In this document: in pieces, positions 1-9,359 of the stretch | Layout of the letters: every line of letters starts with the position of its first letter | Position numbering within the stretch: the first letter of the stretch is position 1 | Source of the DNA: Solirubrobacterales bacterium | Lineage (GTDB): Bacteria; Actinomycetota; Thermoleophilia; Solirubrobacterales; 70-9 | Direction: 5' to 3' | NCBI GenBank assembly: GCA_025964255.1 | Contig: JAOPZF010000188.1 | Location: 3,374 to 67,373 of the forward strand | DNA: 64,000 bases | Notes under the pieces: generated by a model | Databases searched by the model: none | Told to the model about the DNA's origin: nothing | Seen by the model: the letters and a program-made list of their open reading frames with translations, nothing else | Program-made: the position numbers and the translations under genes

Positions 1-83
1 CAGACGAGCGCCAGGGATGTCGCGAGGAGCGCGAGCCACAGCGGACGCCGGGCGGCGATGCGGCGGGCAAGGCCGGGGCGCAT
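1..83 (-). CDS. 5' end of a gene that runs off the window (N-terminus MRPGLARRIAARRPLWLALLATSLALV, signal/TM-like)
   Basis: ATG at 83..81, five nt downstream of the stop of the 88..1038 gene. Hydrophobic N-terminus. Only 27 codons are visible. Confidence 0.25.
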   Translation of the reverse strand, partial: MRPGLARRIAARRPLWLALLATSLALV

Positions 84-87
84 CCGT

Positions 88-1038
88 CTAGGCGCTGGCG
101 AGGACATCACGCATCCTTCGCGGCTCGACCCCGAGGGCCTGCGCGTCGGCGGTCCCACGCTCGCTGACCATCGCCACCTCCATCAGCTCGGCCTCCTCGT
201 AGGTCGCGAAGACGGCCTCGCCGAAGACCGCCCGCAGCGCGCCGAGGCTCGCCTTCACCGCCGGCAACGGCACGTGGACGAGCGGGCGAGGGCGACCGGC
301 GAGGCGGCTGACCAGGTCTGACATCTCGTCGTAGGTCAGCGTCTCCGGCCCGGCGAGCTCGTAGCGGGGCGCCAGCTTCTCGCCGTCGAGCGCCGCGGCC
401 ACGCAGCGCGCCACGTCCTCCGACCAGATCGGCTGGAAGGCGGCGCGCCCCTCCCCGGACACCGGCAGCACGGGCAGGAAGGAGAAGCGGCGCAGCAGGG
501 TGATCCAAGGGTCGCCACGGTCATAGACGATCGACGGGGCGAAGACGGTCGTCTCCAGCGGCGAGGACTCGACCGCCCGCTCCGCCACCCACTTGGCGCG
601 GAAGAAGCGGGTCCGCTGGGCGGCGCCGGTGTCGAGCGCGCTGAAGAAGACGAAGCGCCGCACCCCGGCCCGCTCGGCCGCCTGCAGCAGCCGCACCGTC
701 GCCAGGCCGTTCAGCTCCTCGAGCCGCCGCGGCGGCTGGTCGCGGATCGACGCCGCGAGGTGGACGACGGTGTCCACGCCGCGCAGGCTCTGGCGCATCG
801 TGTGGCGGTCGGAGAGGTCACCGAGGTCGCCGAGCGCGATCTGGACATCGACCCGCCGCGCCCCCAATCGGCGGGGGTCGCGGACCAGGCAGCGGACGTC
901 CTCGCCGCGCTCCAGCAGCAGCGGCAGCAGCCGCGAGCCGACGTTTCCGGTCGCCCCGGTCAGCAGCAGCACGTGGTCCCCACCTTTCGTTCGACCCCCA
1001 TCGACGCCTGGAAGCCTAGGGCGGCGGCGCGCCGGCAC
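88..1038 (-). CDS. NAD(P)-binding NmrA/atypical SDR (epimerase/dehydratase-like) protein
   Basis: Rossmann motif LLLTGATGNVGSRLLPLLL near the N-terminus. The true start may be the GTG at 972. Confidence 0.8.
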   Translation of the reverse strand: MPARRRPRLPGVDGGRTKGGDHVLLLTGATGNVGSRLLPLLLERGEDVRCLVRDPRRLGARRVDVQIALGDLGDLSDRHTMRQSLRGVDTVVHLAASIRDQPPRRLEELNGLATVRLLQAAERAGVRRFVFFSALDTGAAQRTRFFRAKWVAERAVESSPLETTVFAPSIVYDRGDPWITLLRRFSFLPVLPVSGEGRAAFQPIWSEDVARCVAAALDGEKLAPRYELAGPETLTYDEMSDLVSRLAGRPRPLVHVPLPAVKASLGALRAVFGEAVFATYEEAELMEVAMVSERGTADAQALGVEPRRMRDVLASA

Positions 1039-1136
1039 CCAGGCCGACGCATATCTCTAAAATGGGCATCCGCTCTTTGCAGGGGCCGCCCGGCACCTGT
1101 CGGGCAAAACCGACAACGATCTAGGAGACTTCCCGT

Positions 1137-1406
1137 ATGAGCTATGTGATCGCCGAGCCGTGCATCGGCCAAAAGGACAACTCGTGCGTCGAGGTTTGCC
1201 CCGTCGACTGCATCCATCCGACTCCTGACGAGGCTGATTACGAGTCCGTCACCCAGCTGTTCATCGATCCGGACGAGTGCATCGACTGCGACGCCTGCGT
1301 CGAGGCATGCCCGGTCGACGCCTGCTTCGCCGAGGATCAGCTGCCGTCCGAGTGGGCCAAATACGCCGAGATCAACGCGAACTACTTCAAGCCGACCCCT
1401 GCCTAG
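1137..1406 (+). CDS. fdxA: ferredoxin (FdxA-like, 3Fe-4S/4Fe-4S type)
   Basis: SYVIAEPCIGQKDNSCVEVCPVDCIH and DECIDCDACVEACPVDA cysteine cluster motifs. Confidence 0.9.
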   Translation: MSYVIAEPCIGQKDNSCVEVCPVDCIHPTPDEADYESVTQLFIDPDECIDCDACVEACPVDACFAEDQLPSEWAKYAEINANYFKPTPA

Positions 1407-1431
1407 GGATCGCGCTCTCGCAGCAGATGTG

Positions 1432-1460
1432 AAAAGGGCCGCCCTGAGGCGGCCCTTTTT
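1432..1460. terminator. bidirectional rho-independent terminator between convergent genes
   Basis: aaaa-GGGCCGCC-ctga-GGCGGCCC-ttttt. An 8-bp GC stem flanked by an A-tract and a T-tract, between the ferredoxin (+) and NlpC/P60 (-) gene ends. Confidence 0.8.
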
Positions 1461-1484
1461 CGTGGCTCGGATGATGAGCTGGCC

Positions 1485-2141
1485 TCAGTAGCCGACCGGG
1501 TGGCGGACGACGTAGCTGCCCGCGGCCGCCGCGGCGGTGGTCGGGTGCCAGCGGGGCCCGGTCCCGCTTTCGTCACCGGCGGTGTCGAACCGCAGCCCGG
1601 CGACGACCATGTAGGTGTGCTCGGCGTTGGCGTAGATCGTGATCCACCGGCCCGGGCCGGCTTCGCCGAAGGTCTCGAGCGAGCCCGAGGTCAGCGGCGT
1701 GCTCAGCAATTTGCCGCCGTGCAGCGCGTAGGAGACCGCGCCGGAGCAGTCGTAGCCCGTGCTGGTGAAGCTGCCGTGCCCGCCGCCCCAGACATAAGGG
1801 GTCGCGCGGATGTGGTTGGCGGCGGCGATGACCCGTTTGACCATCGCGGGCGCGTTCAGCGGCGCGATCGCGCGGCCGCCGACGAGGGCCGCCTTGCCGG
1901 CCTGGGTGACTTCGCCTTCGATTTCGCCGGTTTCCGTTTCCACCGGCACTTCTTCGGTCGATTCGGGGATTTCGGCTTCGAGCCCGGAGCGGGCGCTGAT
2001 GCCGCCGGGGAGAACCTTCGCTGAGGCCGCGGGAGCGGCGATGAGGGTCGCGCCGATCGCGGCGAACAATGCTGCCAGGGAGAGCGCTGCTATGAGACTG
2101 CGACGGGCGACACTTGGGGCCACCCCGGGGACAAACGGCAT
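1485..2141 (-). CDS. secreted NlpC/P60 (C40) cell-wall hydrolase
   Basis: Signal peptide. YVWGGGHG...GYDCSGAVSYAL catalytic Cys motif, with a downstream His (EHTYMV). Confidence 0.8.
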   Translation of the reverse strand: MPFVPGVAPSVARRSLIAALSLAALFAAIGATLIAAPAASAKVLPGGISARSGLEAEIPESTEEVPVETETGEIEGEVTQAGKAALVGGRAIAPLNAPAMVKRVIAAANHIRATPYVWGGGHGSFTSTGYDCSGAVSYALHGGKLLSTPLTSGSLETFGEAGPGRWITIYANAEHTYMVVAGLRFDTAGDESGTGPRWHPTTAAAAAGSYVVRHPVGY

Positions 2142-2157
2142 TCACTACCTCCTCCGT

Positions 2158-2290
2158 GAGCCTGCGGGGTTAGCTGTCGGGCTGGCGCTGAAGGACCTGC
2201 GCCTCCACCGGTTGGTGGATTAGCCCCAAAAACTTGGTTCCCCCGCTCCCGCCCTCTCGAAGGACGGGACTCGGCGTATGTGTGTAAGCG
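2158..2290 (-). promoter_or_regulatory. probable cyclic-di-AMP (ydaO/yuaA-type) riboswitch in the 5' leader of the NlpC/P60 gene
   Basis: The minus-strand leader contains GAGCGGGGGAACCAAG (2248..2233), GGGGCUAAUCC (2227..2217) and CCCGACAGCUAACCCCGCAGG (2181..2161), immediately before the SD GGAGGAGG. These match conserved blocks of the ydaO motif as I recall them. This riboswitch class is known upstream of actinobacterial cell-wall hydrolase genes. Confidence 0.65.
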
Positions 2291-2294
2291 CTAA

Positions 2295-2332
2295 CGCGCG
2301 GCCGCAAGCATAGTTGCGCTTGCGGCCGCGCG
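2295..2332 (-). terminator. 15-bp perfect GC-rich hairpin downstream of mrp (probable terminator or insulator)
   Basis: cgcgcggccgcaagc (2295..2309) / gcttgcggccgcgcg (2318..2332) with an 8-nt loop, 17 nt after the mrp stop. No clear T-tract. Confidence 0.5.
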
Positions 2333-2348
2333 CCTTCCTAAATGTTCG

Positions 2349-3512
2349 TCAGGCGCTCTGGCCGACCTGCACGACCGGCAGCGGGGTGCCGCTGATCGTC
2401 GGCATCTCGGCCATCGCGGGCGTCGCCTGCAGGACGGGCAGCTCCTGCGGGGTCATCGCGATGATCCCGCGCGCGGCCTGGCGGATCGCCTGCGACGCGG
2501 GCGCGTTCGGGTCCGAGAGGACCAGAGGCGTGCCGTCGTCGGAGTGTTCCCGGAGCGGCTCGGAGATCGGCACCTTGCCGAGCAGCGGCACGTCGAGGTC
2601 GTTCGCCAGTTCCTGGCCGCCGCCCTCACCGAAGATCGTGAAGCGCTCGCCGTCGGGCGTGGTGAAGCCCGACATGTTCTCGATCACGCCGATGATCTCG
2701 AGGTCGTATTTGTGCGCCATCTCGGCCCCGCGGCGGGCCACCGACTGGGCGGCCGGCTGCGGCGTGGTGACGACGATGAACTTCGCCTGCGGCAGTAGCT
2801 GGGCGAGCGACATCGCGATGTCGCCGGTCCCCGGGGGCAGGTCGAGGAGCAGGTACTCGAGCTCATCCCAGGCGACGTCCTCAAGGAACTGCTGCAGCGC
2901 TTTGTGGAGCATCGGGCCGCGCCAGACGACCGCCGCGTTCTCCTCGACGAAGAAGCCGATCGACATGACCTTGACCCCGCTCGGCGAATCCAGCGGCAGG
3001 ATTTTGCGCTCCCCGTTGACCTCCGGTTTGGCGTTGATGCCGAGCATGCGGGGGATCGAGTAGCCGTAGACGTCGCAGTCGAGGGCGCCCGCCGAGTGAC
3101 CTTCGGCGTTCAGCGCCGCGGCCAGGTTCGCGGTCATCGTCGACTTGCCGACGCCGCCCTTGCCCGACGACACGCAGATCACGTTCTTGACCTTGGCGAG
3201 CGCGCCCTGCGGCAGCTTGCCGCGCCCCAGCGTCTGCTGGAGGGTGCCTTTCTCGTCGTCGGTGAGCACGTCGAAGCCGACGCCGACCCCGGTCACCCCG
3301 TCCAGCTCGCCGACCCGTTGGGCGACCGCCTGTTCGAAGTGCGAGCGGATCGGGCAGCCTGCCGTCGTCAGCGAGACGATCACCTCGACGCGTCCACTGG
3401 GCTGGATCTCGATCGAGCGGACCATTCCGAGCTCGACGATCGAGCGGCGCAGCTCGGGATCGATCACACCGCGGAGCGCCTCGTTCACCTGGTCATTCGT
3501 GGGGAGTGCCAT
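2349..3512 (-). CDS. mrp: Mrp/ApbC Fe-S cluster carrier ATPase with N-terminal DUF59-like domain
   Basis: VICVSSGKGGVGKST deviant Walker A. DUF59-like N-terminus (ALRGVIDPELRRSIVELGMV). Start taken at MALPTND (3512); the upstream ORF extension is Arg/Pro-rich and looks non-coding. Confidence 0.9.
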   Translation of the reverse strand: MALPTNDQVNEALRGVIDPELRRSIVELGMVRSIEIQPSGRVEVIVSLTTAGCPIRSHFEQAVAQRVGELDGVTGVGVGFDVLTDDEKGTLQQTLGRGKLPQGALAKVKNVICVSSGKGGVGKSTMTANLAAALNAEGHSAGALDCDVYGYSIPRMLGINAKPEVNGERKILPLDSPSGVKVMSIGFFVEENAAVVWRGPMLHKALQQFLEDVAWDELEYLLLDLPPGTGDIAMSLAQLLPQAKFIVVTTPQPAAQSVARRGAEMAHKYDLEIIGVIENMSGFTTPDGERFTIFGEGGGQELANDLDVPLLGKVPISEPLREHSDDGTPLVLSDPNAPASQAIRQAARGIIAMTPQELPVLQATPAMAEMPTISGTPLPVVQVGQSA

Positions 3513-3633
3513 GGCGGCATTTTCGCAAAGCGCGGGGTCCGGCCGGGTTTCGGCCTCGATCTGGGCAGCGGAAGGGGGGAGAGAACGGCCCCGCCAGGGC
3601 CTTGAGCACCCATAAAGGCGACGACTGGCGGAG

Positions 3634-5727
3634 GTGGTTGGGATGGGTGTGACGCGGAGTAGATGGACGGCGGGGACGCGAGTCGGCGGGCGACGAGGGC
3701 CGGGGATGCGTGGCATGCGGGCGGCGGGAACGCACGGCGCCGGGCGGTTGGTGGCGATGGTGCTCGCCCTGGCCGTGCTCGCCTTCCTGCTGCTGGCTGG
3801 GGAGGCGCGGGCGGGGACCTACCGGGTGGCCCAGTGCGGCTGGGGACTGGGCGTCGAACTCGATCCGACCCTTCCGGTGACGACGGGGACGGCGTTCACC
3901 CTCGACGCCCGGTCCTGCCCGTTGCCGGTGGGATCCGGGCCGACGGGAATGGCGTTCGAAGGGGCCGTGGCGCCCGACGGCGCGGTCGGCCGGGCGCGGG
4001 CGCGGTGGATCGCGCCGTCGGGCACGCGCTTCGCCGGGGTCCACCTGGTCTGGCGGGGCACGGCCCTCCCGGGCAACTGGCTGGGCCTCGGGATCGACGT
4101 CGGCGCCGAATACCACCTCCTCGCCTACTCCTTCACGAGCGTCGCGCCGGAAGTGTTCGACCGGCCGATCGAAGGCCAGGCCTGGGCCTTCGAAGCGTTC
4201 CTCCAGTGCCTGACGAGCGGGCCGGCGGTCGATTGCACCCGTTCGACCCCGTCGACGATGAGCGTAGGCGGCATCACCTTCACGCTCGAAGACACCCAGC
4301 CGCCCCGGGCGCAGCTCGGCGGCGCGCTGGTGGCGCCGGGCTGGCATCGGGGGCCGGTGCCGCTCGAAATCGCCGCGTCCGACATCGGCGCCGGCGTCGC
4401 GGGGGAGACGGCGTCGATCGACGGGGCGGCGGTCCTCGGTGACGCGCCCGCCTGCGCCACGCAGCTGATCGAAAACGAAACGCGTGGGACGAAGATGCAG
4501 CCCTGCCCGTCGACCGCCTCGCGGTCGGTCGAAGTCGACACGACCGGGCTCGCCGACGGCGCCCACACCGTCGGCGGCTGCGCGACCGACTTCGCCGGCG
4601 ACGGAGGCTGCGCCCCCGAAGCGCGGATAGAGGTCGATAACTCGCCGCCCGCGATCGCCTTCGGCGCGGCCACGGAAGGCGAGGTAGAGGCGACGGTGAG
4701 CGACCGCTATTCCGGGGTCGCGACGGGGACGATCTCGGTCCGCCGTGCCGACGCGGAAGGGTGGACCGACCTGCCAACCGACCTCGATCGCGAAGGCCCC
4801 GGGACGGCGACGCCGAGCGCGCGCCTACCTGACCTCGGCGCCGGGACCTACTTTCTCCGCGTCCTCGCGACCGACGTCGCCGGGAACGCGTCCTCGGCCC
4901 AGACGCGGATTGCGGGCGGCTCCACGGAAGCGCACGGGGGTGCCGCCGCTCCGGGCGGCAAGGCCGCCCGTCCCGGCGGAAAGAGTCCAGGGGGAACGGG
5001 AAAGGCTCCGTCATCCGGCACCGACGCGCGCTCGTCGGCTTCGGACCAGGCGACCCACCTCCGCGTCCGTCTGGTGGCGAGCGGTGGGAGAGAGCGCGGG
5101 ACGCCCAAGGGTGCGGGCCACGCGTCGGGCTTGACCGTCGACTACGGGACCGCGGTCGAGGTCCGAGGCCGTCTGACGGACGCGCGGGGCGGCGGGGTCG
5201 GAGGGCGGCCGGTGACGGTCGTTGTGCGTGCTGCGGCGGGCATCGGCGGCGCCCCTGAACGCCGCCGGGTCCTCGCCGACCACGGTGGTCGCTTCAGCCT
5301 GCGGCTACCGGCCGGGACCTCGCGCCGCGTCGCCGTCTCATTCCACGGCGGTGGCGGGCTCGCGGCCGCCCCCCGGCGCTCGCTTGCACTGCGGGTCCGC
5401 GCCGCGGTCAGCCTCGCGGCCGAACCGACCGAGCTCGACACCGGGGAATCGGTACGCCTCCACGGCCACGTCCTCCTCGGCCCCGCCCGGGTCTCGCGCC
5501 GTGGCAAGCTCGTCGCGATCCAATACCTTGAGCGGGCGACCGGCCGCTGGCGACCGGCGCTCGTCGTCCGCACCGACTCCAAGGGTCGCTTCGACACGAA
5601 ATACCGCTTCCGCTACGTCACCGGCCTCGCCGAGATTCGCCTGCGCGCGACGGCTCCCGCCGAAGGCGGCTGGCCCTTCGCCCGGGGCTCCTCCGCACCG
5701 GTCACGGTCGAAGTCCACGGTCGTTAG
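3634..5727 (+). CDS. large secreted hypothetical protein (signal peptide, Ig-like/beta-sandwich-looking repeats)
   Basis: [22 protein letters not shown] signal sequence. Consistent coding frame over about 2 kb. The start is more likely at 3706 or 3715. No recognisable catalytic motif. Confidence 0.6.
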   Translation: MVGMGVTRSRWTAGTRVGGRRGPGMRGMRAAGTHGAGRLVAMVLALAVLAFLLLAGEARAGTYRVAQCGWGLGVELDPTLPVTTGTAFTLDARSCPLPVGSGPTGMAFEGAVAPDGAVGRARARWIAPSGTRFAGVHLVWRGTALPGNWLGLGIDVGAEYHLLAYSFTSVAPEVFDRPIEGQAWAFEAFLQCLTSGPAVDCTRSTPSTMSVGGITFTLEDTQPPRAQLGGALVAPGWHRGPVPLEIAASDIGAGVAGETASIDGAAVLGDAPACATQLIENETRGTKMQPCPSTASRSVEVDTTGLADGAHTVGGCATDFAGDGGCAPEARIEVDNSPPAIAFGAATEGEVEATVSDRYSGVATGTISVRRADAEGWTDLPTDLDREGPGTATPSARLPDLGAGTYFLRVLATDVAGNASSAQTRIAGGSTEAHGGAAAPGGKAARPGGKSPGGTGKAPSSGTDARSSASDQATHLRVRLVASGGRERGTPKGAGHASGLTVDYGTAVEVRGRLTDARGGGVGGRPVTVVVRAAAGIGGAPERRRVLADHGGRFSLRLPAGTSRRVAVSFHGGGGLAAAPRRSLALRVRAAVSLAAEPTELDTGESVRLHGHVLLGPARVSRRGKLVAIQYLERATGRWRPALVVRTDSKGRFDTKYRFRYVTGLAEIRLRATAPAEGGWPFARGSSAPVTVEVHGR

Positions 5728-5737
5728 GCTTCGAAAT

Positions 5738-6196
5738 ATGTCGAAAGCCACTCTTCAGACCAATGCCGGGCCGATCACCGTCGAGTTCTTCGACGAGGAC
5801 GCGCCGAAAACCGTCGAGAACTTCCGCAAACTGGCGGCCGATGGGTTCTACGACGGACTGATCTTCCATCGGGTCATCCCTGACTTCATGGTCCAGGGCG
5901 GTTGCCCGCAGGGCACCGGGACCGGCGGCCCCGGCTACACGTTCGAGGACGAGTTCAACGACCACAAGGTGGTCCGCGGCGCGCTGGCGATGGCCAACGC
6001 CGGGCCGAACACGAACGGCTCGCAGTTCTTCATCGTCACCACCGGCGCGGCACCGTGGCTCGACGGGAAGCACACCGTCTTCGGCGAGATCACCGACGGG
6101 ATGGACGTGGTCGACGCGATCGAGGCCTCGGAGACCGACGGCCGCGACAAGCCGCTCGAGGAGAAGAAGATCGACAAGGTGGAACTCGCCGACTAA
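5738..6196 (+). CDS. peptidyl-prolyl cis-trans isomerase, cyclophilin type
   Basis: [39 protein letters not shown] and HTVFGE motifs. Confidence 0.95.
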   Translation: MSKATLQTNAGPITVEFFDEDAPKTVENFRKLAADGFYDGLIFHRVIPDFMVQGGCPQGTGTGGPGYTFEDEFNDHKVVRGALAMANAGPNTNGSQFFIVTTGAAPWLDGKHTVFGEITDGMDVVDAIEASETDGRDKPLEEKKIDKVELAD

Positions 6197-6963
6197 TCGG
6201 CGAGCGCATCGGGCTCGGCCGGGCCGGCCGGCCTCGAGCCCATTTCCGCGGCGGCGCGTTCTTCGCGTCGCCGTTTCAGGCCGGAGCCCGGTCGCCACAG
6301 CGCGACCAGGCCGGCCACCAGCGTGACCAGGAAGATCTGGCCGATCATCATCTCCAGCCCGGCCAACATCCGCCCGGGCTGCCCGCCCGGCACGAGGTCC
6401 CCGTACCCGGTCGTGGTCAGCGTCGTGTAGCTGAAGAAGAGGTAGTCGCTGTGGTGCAGGACCGGGTGGCCTTCGAAGAAGGGCGCGTTACCGAGCCGTC
6501 CGATCGCCTCGAAGCAGAAGGCGAAGAGCAGCCCCAGCACGGTGTAGACGCTGATCGCGCCGAGGATCGTGCGGGCGTTGACTTCGGCGGTGCCGACGAC
6601 GCGGATCAGGACCGCGACCATCGCCGCCGTAAGTAGCCCGACCTGGACGAGGCCGCCGATCCCGAGCCAGTCCTTGTCGCCGCTGATCGCCGCGATCACC
6701 GCCAGCACCAGCCCGAGCAGGCTCACGTAGATCGCGATGTGGACCCAGTGCGGTTTGACGTGCGAGCTGGTCAGCGCGACGACCGAGGTGGTCGAGACGC
6801 AGAGCATCACCAGCACCGCCTCCCAACCGGTGTCGCCGACCAGTGAGGTGACGACGTAGGTGATCACCACCAGGCCGAAGACGAGCCCGAACGCGTCGTT
6901 GACCCGTTCGGCGCGTTTGAGCCAGCGTTCCCCGCCCGGGGCGCGGATGGCAGTCGGGTCCAT
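6193..6963 (-). CDS. two-TM-type potassium channel (ion_trans_2)
   Basis: Selectivity filter [12 protein letters not shown] and multiple TM helices. The ORF is open to 7020; ATG 6963 is preferred as the start. Confidence 0.8.
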   Translation of the reverse strand: MDPTAIRAPGGERWLKRAERVNDAFGLVFGLVVITYVVTSLVGDTGWEAVLVMLCVSTTSVVALTSSHVKPHWVHIAIYVSLLGLVLAVIAAISGDKDWLGIGGLVQVGLLTAAMVAVLIRVVGTAEVNARTILGAISVYTVLGLLFAFCFEAIGRLGNAPFFEGHPVLHHSDYLFFSYTTLTTTGYGDLVPGGQPGRMLAGLEMMIGQIFLVTLVAGLVALWRPGSGLKRRREERAAAEMGSRPAGPAEPDALAD

Positions 6964-7060
6964 GTTCGGTCGGTTCGGCCGGCGGGGGCGCTTTCCTGCC
7001 GCTGGGCGCTCCGGCCCCAAGTTGCCGCCGTGGCCGAGCGGCCGCTCTCGAAACCACCCG

Positions 7061-8008
7061 CTAACCGGGGATGATGTTGATCGACTCCTGGCGGAGGACC
7101 GCTTCGAGGTTGCTCCCCGCCAGGTCGAACTTCGTGCCGTCAGGGAATTCGACGCCGAGTTCCCCGGTCAAGGTGCCTTTGGATTCGTTGGTGTGTTCGA
7201 GCGTCGCCGCGCCTTCGAACGTCGCCTCGCCGTAGAAGGGCGCGGGAGGGTTGATCGTCGCCGTCGTCGCTCCGTTCGTCGCCGTCACCGTCAGTGAATG
7301 CGTCGCCCCTTCGGCGTAGGCGCGACGAGAGATCTTGATGCGTCCTTCCGCTGCTTCGGAGTGGGCGCCGTATTCGACCTTCGCTCCCGTATGGGGCCGG
7401 TAGACGGAGAGGTGGACCGGGGTCGACATGTGGCCGGGCTCTCCCGCGTTGATGACCACCCCCGCCCCCGGTTCCCCGGTGCTGAGGGAGTATCCGCAGG
7501 CGCTCAGATCGGAGTACCACGATCGACGCCAGGTAACTCGGTGCAGATGGACGGAGGTAAAGCCGCCACCGCCCCGGAATCGCAGCGTGCCCACGTAGGA
7601 GCCGGCGTCGTAGAAATGCCTCCTGACTCCTTTGTAGCGGCACTTCACCCGCTTCTCGCTCACCTTTCCGCTCGGCACCCAGCGCATGTCGATCCGCCCG
7701 TACTTCCCGAGATTCGCGTGAATCCCGGCTTCCGAGACGCTTCCCGGAGCGGTGTAGGCCACCGACCCTTCGGCCCCTGACGCTTCGACTTCTACGCGGT
7801 GACCCTGTCGCGAATTGACCGTCAGCCAGTAGCCATGGGACGAGCGGGCCACCAACCCGAAAGGTGACGCGTACGGGTCGGCCGCGGTGCTCCCCACTTC
7901 TTCACCTGGCGGCACTTCCGGGGCGGGCGCCCCGGCGGATGCCCCGGCCGAGAAGGCAAAGAAGATGCCGATGAAGATCACCGCGAGGATGGTCAACCGT
8001 TTGAGCAT
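7061..8008 (-). CDS. secreted hypothetical protein
   Basis: MLKRLTILAVIFIGIFFAFSAGASAG signal peptide. It is the C-terminal part of the artefactual 774-aa track ORF. Confidence 0.6.
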   Translation of the reverse strand: MLKRLTILAVIFIGIFFAFSAGASAGAPAPEVPPGEEVGSTAADPYASPFGLVARSSHGYWLTVNSRQGHRVEVEASGAEGSVAYTAPGSVSEAGIHANLGKYGRIDMRWVPSGKVSEKRVKCRYKGVRRHFYDAGSYVGTLRFRGGGGFTSVHLHRVTWRRSWYSDLSACGYSLSTGEPGAGVVINAGEPGHMSTPVHLSVYRPHTGAKVEYGAHSEAAEGRIKISRRAYAEGATHSLTVTATNGATTATINPPAPFYGEATFEGAATLEHTNESKGTLTGELGVEFPDGTKFDLAGSNLEAVLRQESINIIPG

Positions 8009-8079
8009 CGCCTGAGCGCCTACCCGTCGTGGCGGATTTCTACGGCACCGGCCGCGATCGGCTCGTCGAGAAGGCGGAG

Positions 8080-8167
8080 CGGAGGGACTGGGATTCGAAC
8101 CCAGGAGACGCCTAAGACGCCCAACGGCTTTCAAGGCCGCCGCATTCAACCGCTCTGCCATCCCTCC
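8080..8167 (-). tRNA. tRNA-Ser (anticodon UGA)
   Basis: GGAGGGA...TCCCTCC acceptor stem, anticodon loop CUUGAAA, long variable arm, GGTTCGAATCC T-loop. Confidence 0.9.
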
Positions 8168-8176
8168 GAGGGCTGA

Positions 8177-9358
8177 TTGGATGGTGCCATGCGTCGCGTC
8201 CTCTTGCTCGCCTCGGCGATGGTCTTCCTCGACCTCACCTTCTTCACGGCCATCGCGCCGCTGCTCCCGACTTACAAGCACGACCTCGGTCTGAGCACCG
8301 CGCAGGCCGGCATTCTGACCGCCGCCTACGCCGCCGGGACGCTCGCCTTCTCGCTCCCCGGCGGCTACATCGCCAGCCGTTTCGGCCCGCGCCGCACGGT
8401 GATCAGCGGCCTCTTCGTCTTCGCCCTCGCCACGCTGCTCTTCGGCTTCCTCAAGTCGGCCTGGCCGCTCGACGCGGCGCGGTTCATCCAGGGCATCGCC
8501 AGCGCGCTGATCTGGTCCGGCGCTCTCACCTGGCTGATCAACAGCTACCCCGAGGACAAACGCGGCCAGGTGATCGGCAGCGCGCTGGGGACGGCGGTCG
8601 CGGGGTCGCTGCTCGGGCCGGTGCTCGGCTCGCTCGCCGCCTCGATCGGCACCGAAATCATCTTCGGCGGCGTCTGCGTCATCGCCCTCGGCCTCGCCTT
8701 CCTCGCCTGGCGTGAGCCCGACACGGTCGTCACCGAGAACCAGCCACTGCGCGAGGTCCTCCACTGCATGGTCGACCGCGATCTGATCGAGGCGGCGATC
8801 TTCGTCAGCTCGCCGTCGCTGATGTTCGGCGCGATCGACGTGCTGCTGCCGCTGCGGATCAACAACCTCGGCGGCGGGCACGCGCTGATCGCGGGCGCCT
8901 TCGTCGGCGGCGCGGCGATCGAGTCGGTGCTCTCGCCGATCGCCGGTCGACTCTCCGACAAGGTCGGCCGGCGCGCGCCCTACGTCCTGGGGATGGCGAT
9001 CTGCGCGGTCGCGATGCTGGTCTTCGCGGCCGCCGATTCGCTGGTGGTCGTGGTGCTCGCGTTGCTGATCACCTCGCTCGGCTCGGGCCTTTGCTTCGCC
9101 CCCGCGATGACGCTGATCTCCGATGCCGCCGAGGCGAGCGGCCTCCACCAGGGCTACGCGGTCGGGGTGACGAACATGGCTTGGGCGGCGGCTCAGGTGG
9201 TGGGCAGCGTCACCGGCGCGGCGATCGCCGGGGTGACCGGGGACGCGGCCCCGAGCATCGCGATCGCCGGCGTCCTGGTGCTGACGATCGTCTACGCCTT
9301 CCGCGCGCTGACCCCCCGCGCGGAGAGTGAACGCGAGCCAGTGCCGGCGGAGGTCTGA
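8177..9358 (+). CDS. MFS transporter
   Basis: About 12 predicted TM segments. MFS-like loop GGYIASRFGPRRTV between TM2 and TM3. Confidence 0.8.
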   Translation: MDGAMRRVLLLASAMVFLDLTFFTAIAPLLPTYKHDLGLSTAQAGILTAAYAAGTLAFSLPGGYIASRFGPRRTVISGLFVFALATLLFGFLKSAWPLDAARFIQGIASALIWSGALTWLINSYPEDKRGQVIGSALGTAVAGSLLGPVLGSLAASIGTEIIFGGVCVIALGLAFLAWREPDTVVTENQPLREVLHCMVDRDLIEAAIFVSSPSLMFGAIDVLLPLRINNLGGGHALIAGAFVGGAAIESVLSPIAGRLSDKVGRRAPYVLGMAICAVAMLVFAAADSLVVVVLALLITSLGSGLCFAPAMTLISDAAEASGLHQGYAVGVTNMAWAAAQVVGSVTGAAIAGVTGDAAPSIAIAGVLVLTIVYAFRALTPRAESEREPVPAEV

Positions 9359-9359
9359 G

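Noticed and set aside
2295-2332. A 15-bp perfect inverted repeat containing two NotI sites, considered as a MITE/IS terminal repeat or REP-like element.
   Set aside because: It is a single copy in the window and sits 17 nt after the mrp stop. A transcription terminator or insulator explains it more simply.
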